DNA of 64,000 nt, taken from positions 27,590,001 through 27,654,000 of the forward strand of contig NC_043006.1 in assembly GCF_006345805.1 (NCBI RefSeq), read 5' to 3'. The position numbers and the translations under genes were made by a program. Under the pieces are notes generated by a model that saw nothing but the letters and a program-made list of their open reading frames with translations, had not been told where the DNA came from and searched no databases. Source of the DNA: Octopus sinensis. Lineage: Eukaryota. This document shows, in pieces, positions 62,940-64,000 of this stretch. Numbering within the stretch: position 1 is the first letter of the stretch; every line of letters begins with the position of its first letter.

Positions 62940-63410
62940 CATCATCATCATTATCATCATTTAGTGTCTGTTTTCCATGTCAGCATGGGTTTGATGGTTT
63001 GACTGGAACTGGTAAGCCAGAGAGCTGTACCAGGCTCTAGCCTGGTTTGACTTGGTTTCTACAGATGGATGCCCTTCTTAATGCCAACCACTCCAAGAGT
63101 GTAGATTTTAGGTGTCACTGGCATGGGTGCCTTTTACATGTCACCAGCACTGGTCATGACTATGATTTCACTTGGTTTGACATGTCTTCTCAAGTACAGC
63201 AAATCGCAAAAGGTTTCATTCACTTGTCATCACCTCTGTGAGACTCAACATTTGAAGATCATGCTTTACCACCTCATCTTGTGTTTTCCTAGGTCTACCT
63301 CTTCCACAGGTTCCCTCCACAGTTAGATCGGCACTTGTTTACACAGCTGTCCTCGTCCATATGCATCACATGACCATACCAGTGTAGTTTTTTTTTCTTG
63401 CACACACCTT
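62940..63410 (-). mobile_element. RTE-LINE 3' end with tail
   Basis: WYGHVMHMDEDSCV..GRGRPRKT remnants and a (CAT)n tail. Confidence 0.8.
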
Positions 63411-63590
63411 CTCCATGAATAACAGTAACACACATAAAAAAAAGTGAAATAGCTACAACTGAAAATCAAATTTATCATAGACTTAGTTCCTTAAGAACTT
63501 ACATCTACAGTATGGTGTTAAAAAGTTACTGGTAGCAATATAAACCTAAAAGAGTATGAAAATATAAAGAAATTATAGTGATATACTTAC

Positions 63591-63663
63591 TGGATCCAAA
63601 CCAATTGGATAAGGCGTGGAGCTATACATGGTCCCAGGATTGAATATGATACTGCTTCCTTTA
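63591..63663 (-). CDS. ATP6V0A1: V-ATPase a exon KGSSIIFNPGTMYSSTPYPIGLDP
   Basis: 73 nt, ttttcag acceptor, GTAAGT donor; PYP.G.DP motif. Confidence 0.92.
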
Positions 63664-63874
63664 CTGAAAATTAACAAATTGCATTTCTAAATAAATGTCT
63701 TCATTGAAGTTTCACTCAGTGCATCTGGAGTATTAAGCATTGAAAACCACATTTTTTAAAAACTTCCCAAACCATCATAGCAATGTGATAATTTTAAACA
63801 TATGTCTCCTTTGTTTCCATTCTCCATGTGTACCAAAAATAGATTTACCACATCAATTTTGAGTTTCATTTCAA

Positions 63875-64000
63875 GCATGGCAGTGTGGATAAGAAATTTG
63901 CTTCCCATCCAAGTGGCTTCAAATTCAGTCCTTTGGGTAAGTATCTTCTACTATAGTCCAAAGCTGGCCAAAGCCTTGTAAGTGGGTTTGGTAAATGGAA
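63875..64000 (+). mobile_element. 5' part of a CORE-like tRNA SINE (runs off the window)
   Basis: Matches the head of 4625-5108 (tgtggataag...ttcagtcc...cttctactatag...ttggtaaatggaa). Confidence 0.65.

Larger units (their letters stand above)
28948..63663 (-). other. ATP6V0A1: V-type proton ATPase V0 subunit a gene, 3' half (gene continues beyond the right edge)
   Basis: Exons join in frame into the C-terminal membrane domain of the 116-kDa subunit a family ([53 protein letters not shown]). Confidence 0.95.

Overview
AT-rich, intron-rich animal genomic DNA. The SINE/LINE repertoire and the long (AT)n/(GT)n tracts point to a coleoid cephalopod, most likely Octopus (inference, no database search run). 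Two spliced genes lie on the minus strand. (1) The 3' half of a V-ATPase V0 subunit a gene (ATP6V0A1/Vha100-like) has 8 constitutive exons traced from 63663 to the stop at 28948. Three additional phase-0 candidate cassette exons (204, 123 and 45 nt) sit in the 26-kb interval encoding the variable cytosolic loop before TM7, and a long transposon-poor stretch downstream is a probable 3' UTR. (2) The 5' part of an asteroid/FAM120-like PIN (FEN/XPG-type) nuclease gene has its ATG at 8464 and a further exon at 512-321; it continues past the left edge. The rest is decayed transposons: RTE, CR1 and R4-like LINEs, three tRNA-SINE families, Tc1/mariner, pogo-like and piggyBac-like MITEs, a Merlin transposase remnant and Penelope-like pieces. 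The most notable observations are a complete minimal hammerhead ribozyme motif (12388-12475, minus strand), a higher-order array of predicted hairpin/pseudoknot modules in an RTE 3' UTR, a PHD finger inside the RTE reverse transcriptase, a SINE-LINE chimera that reveals the SINE's partner LINE, several long fold-backs, and the V-ATPase exon cassette. Exon coordinates were read by hand from the splice sites; most repeat boundaries are approximate.
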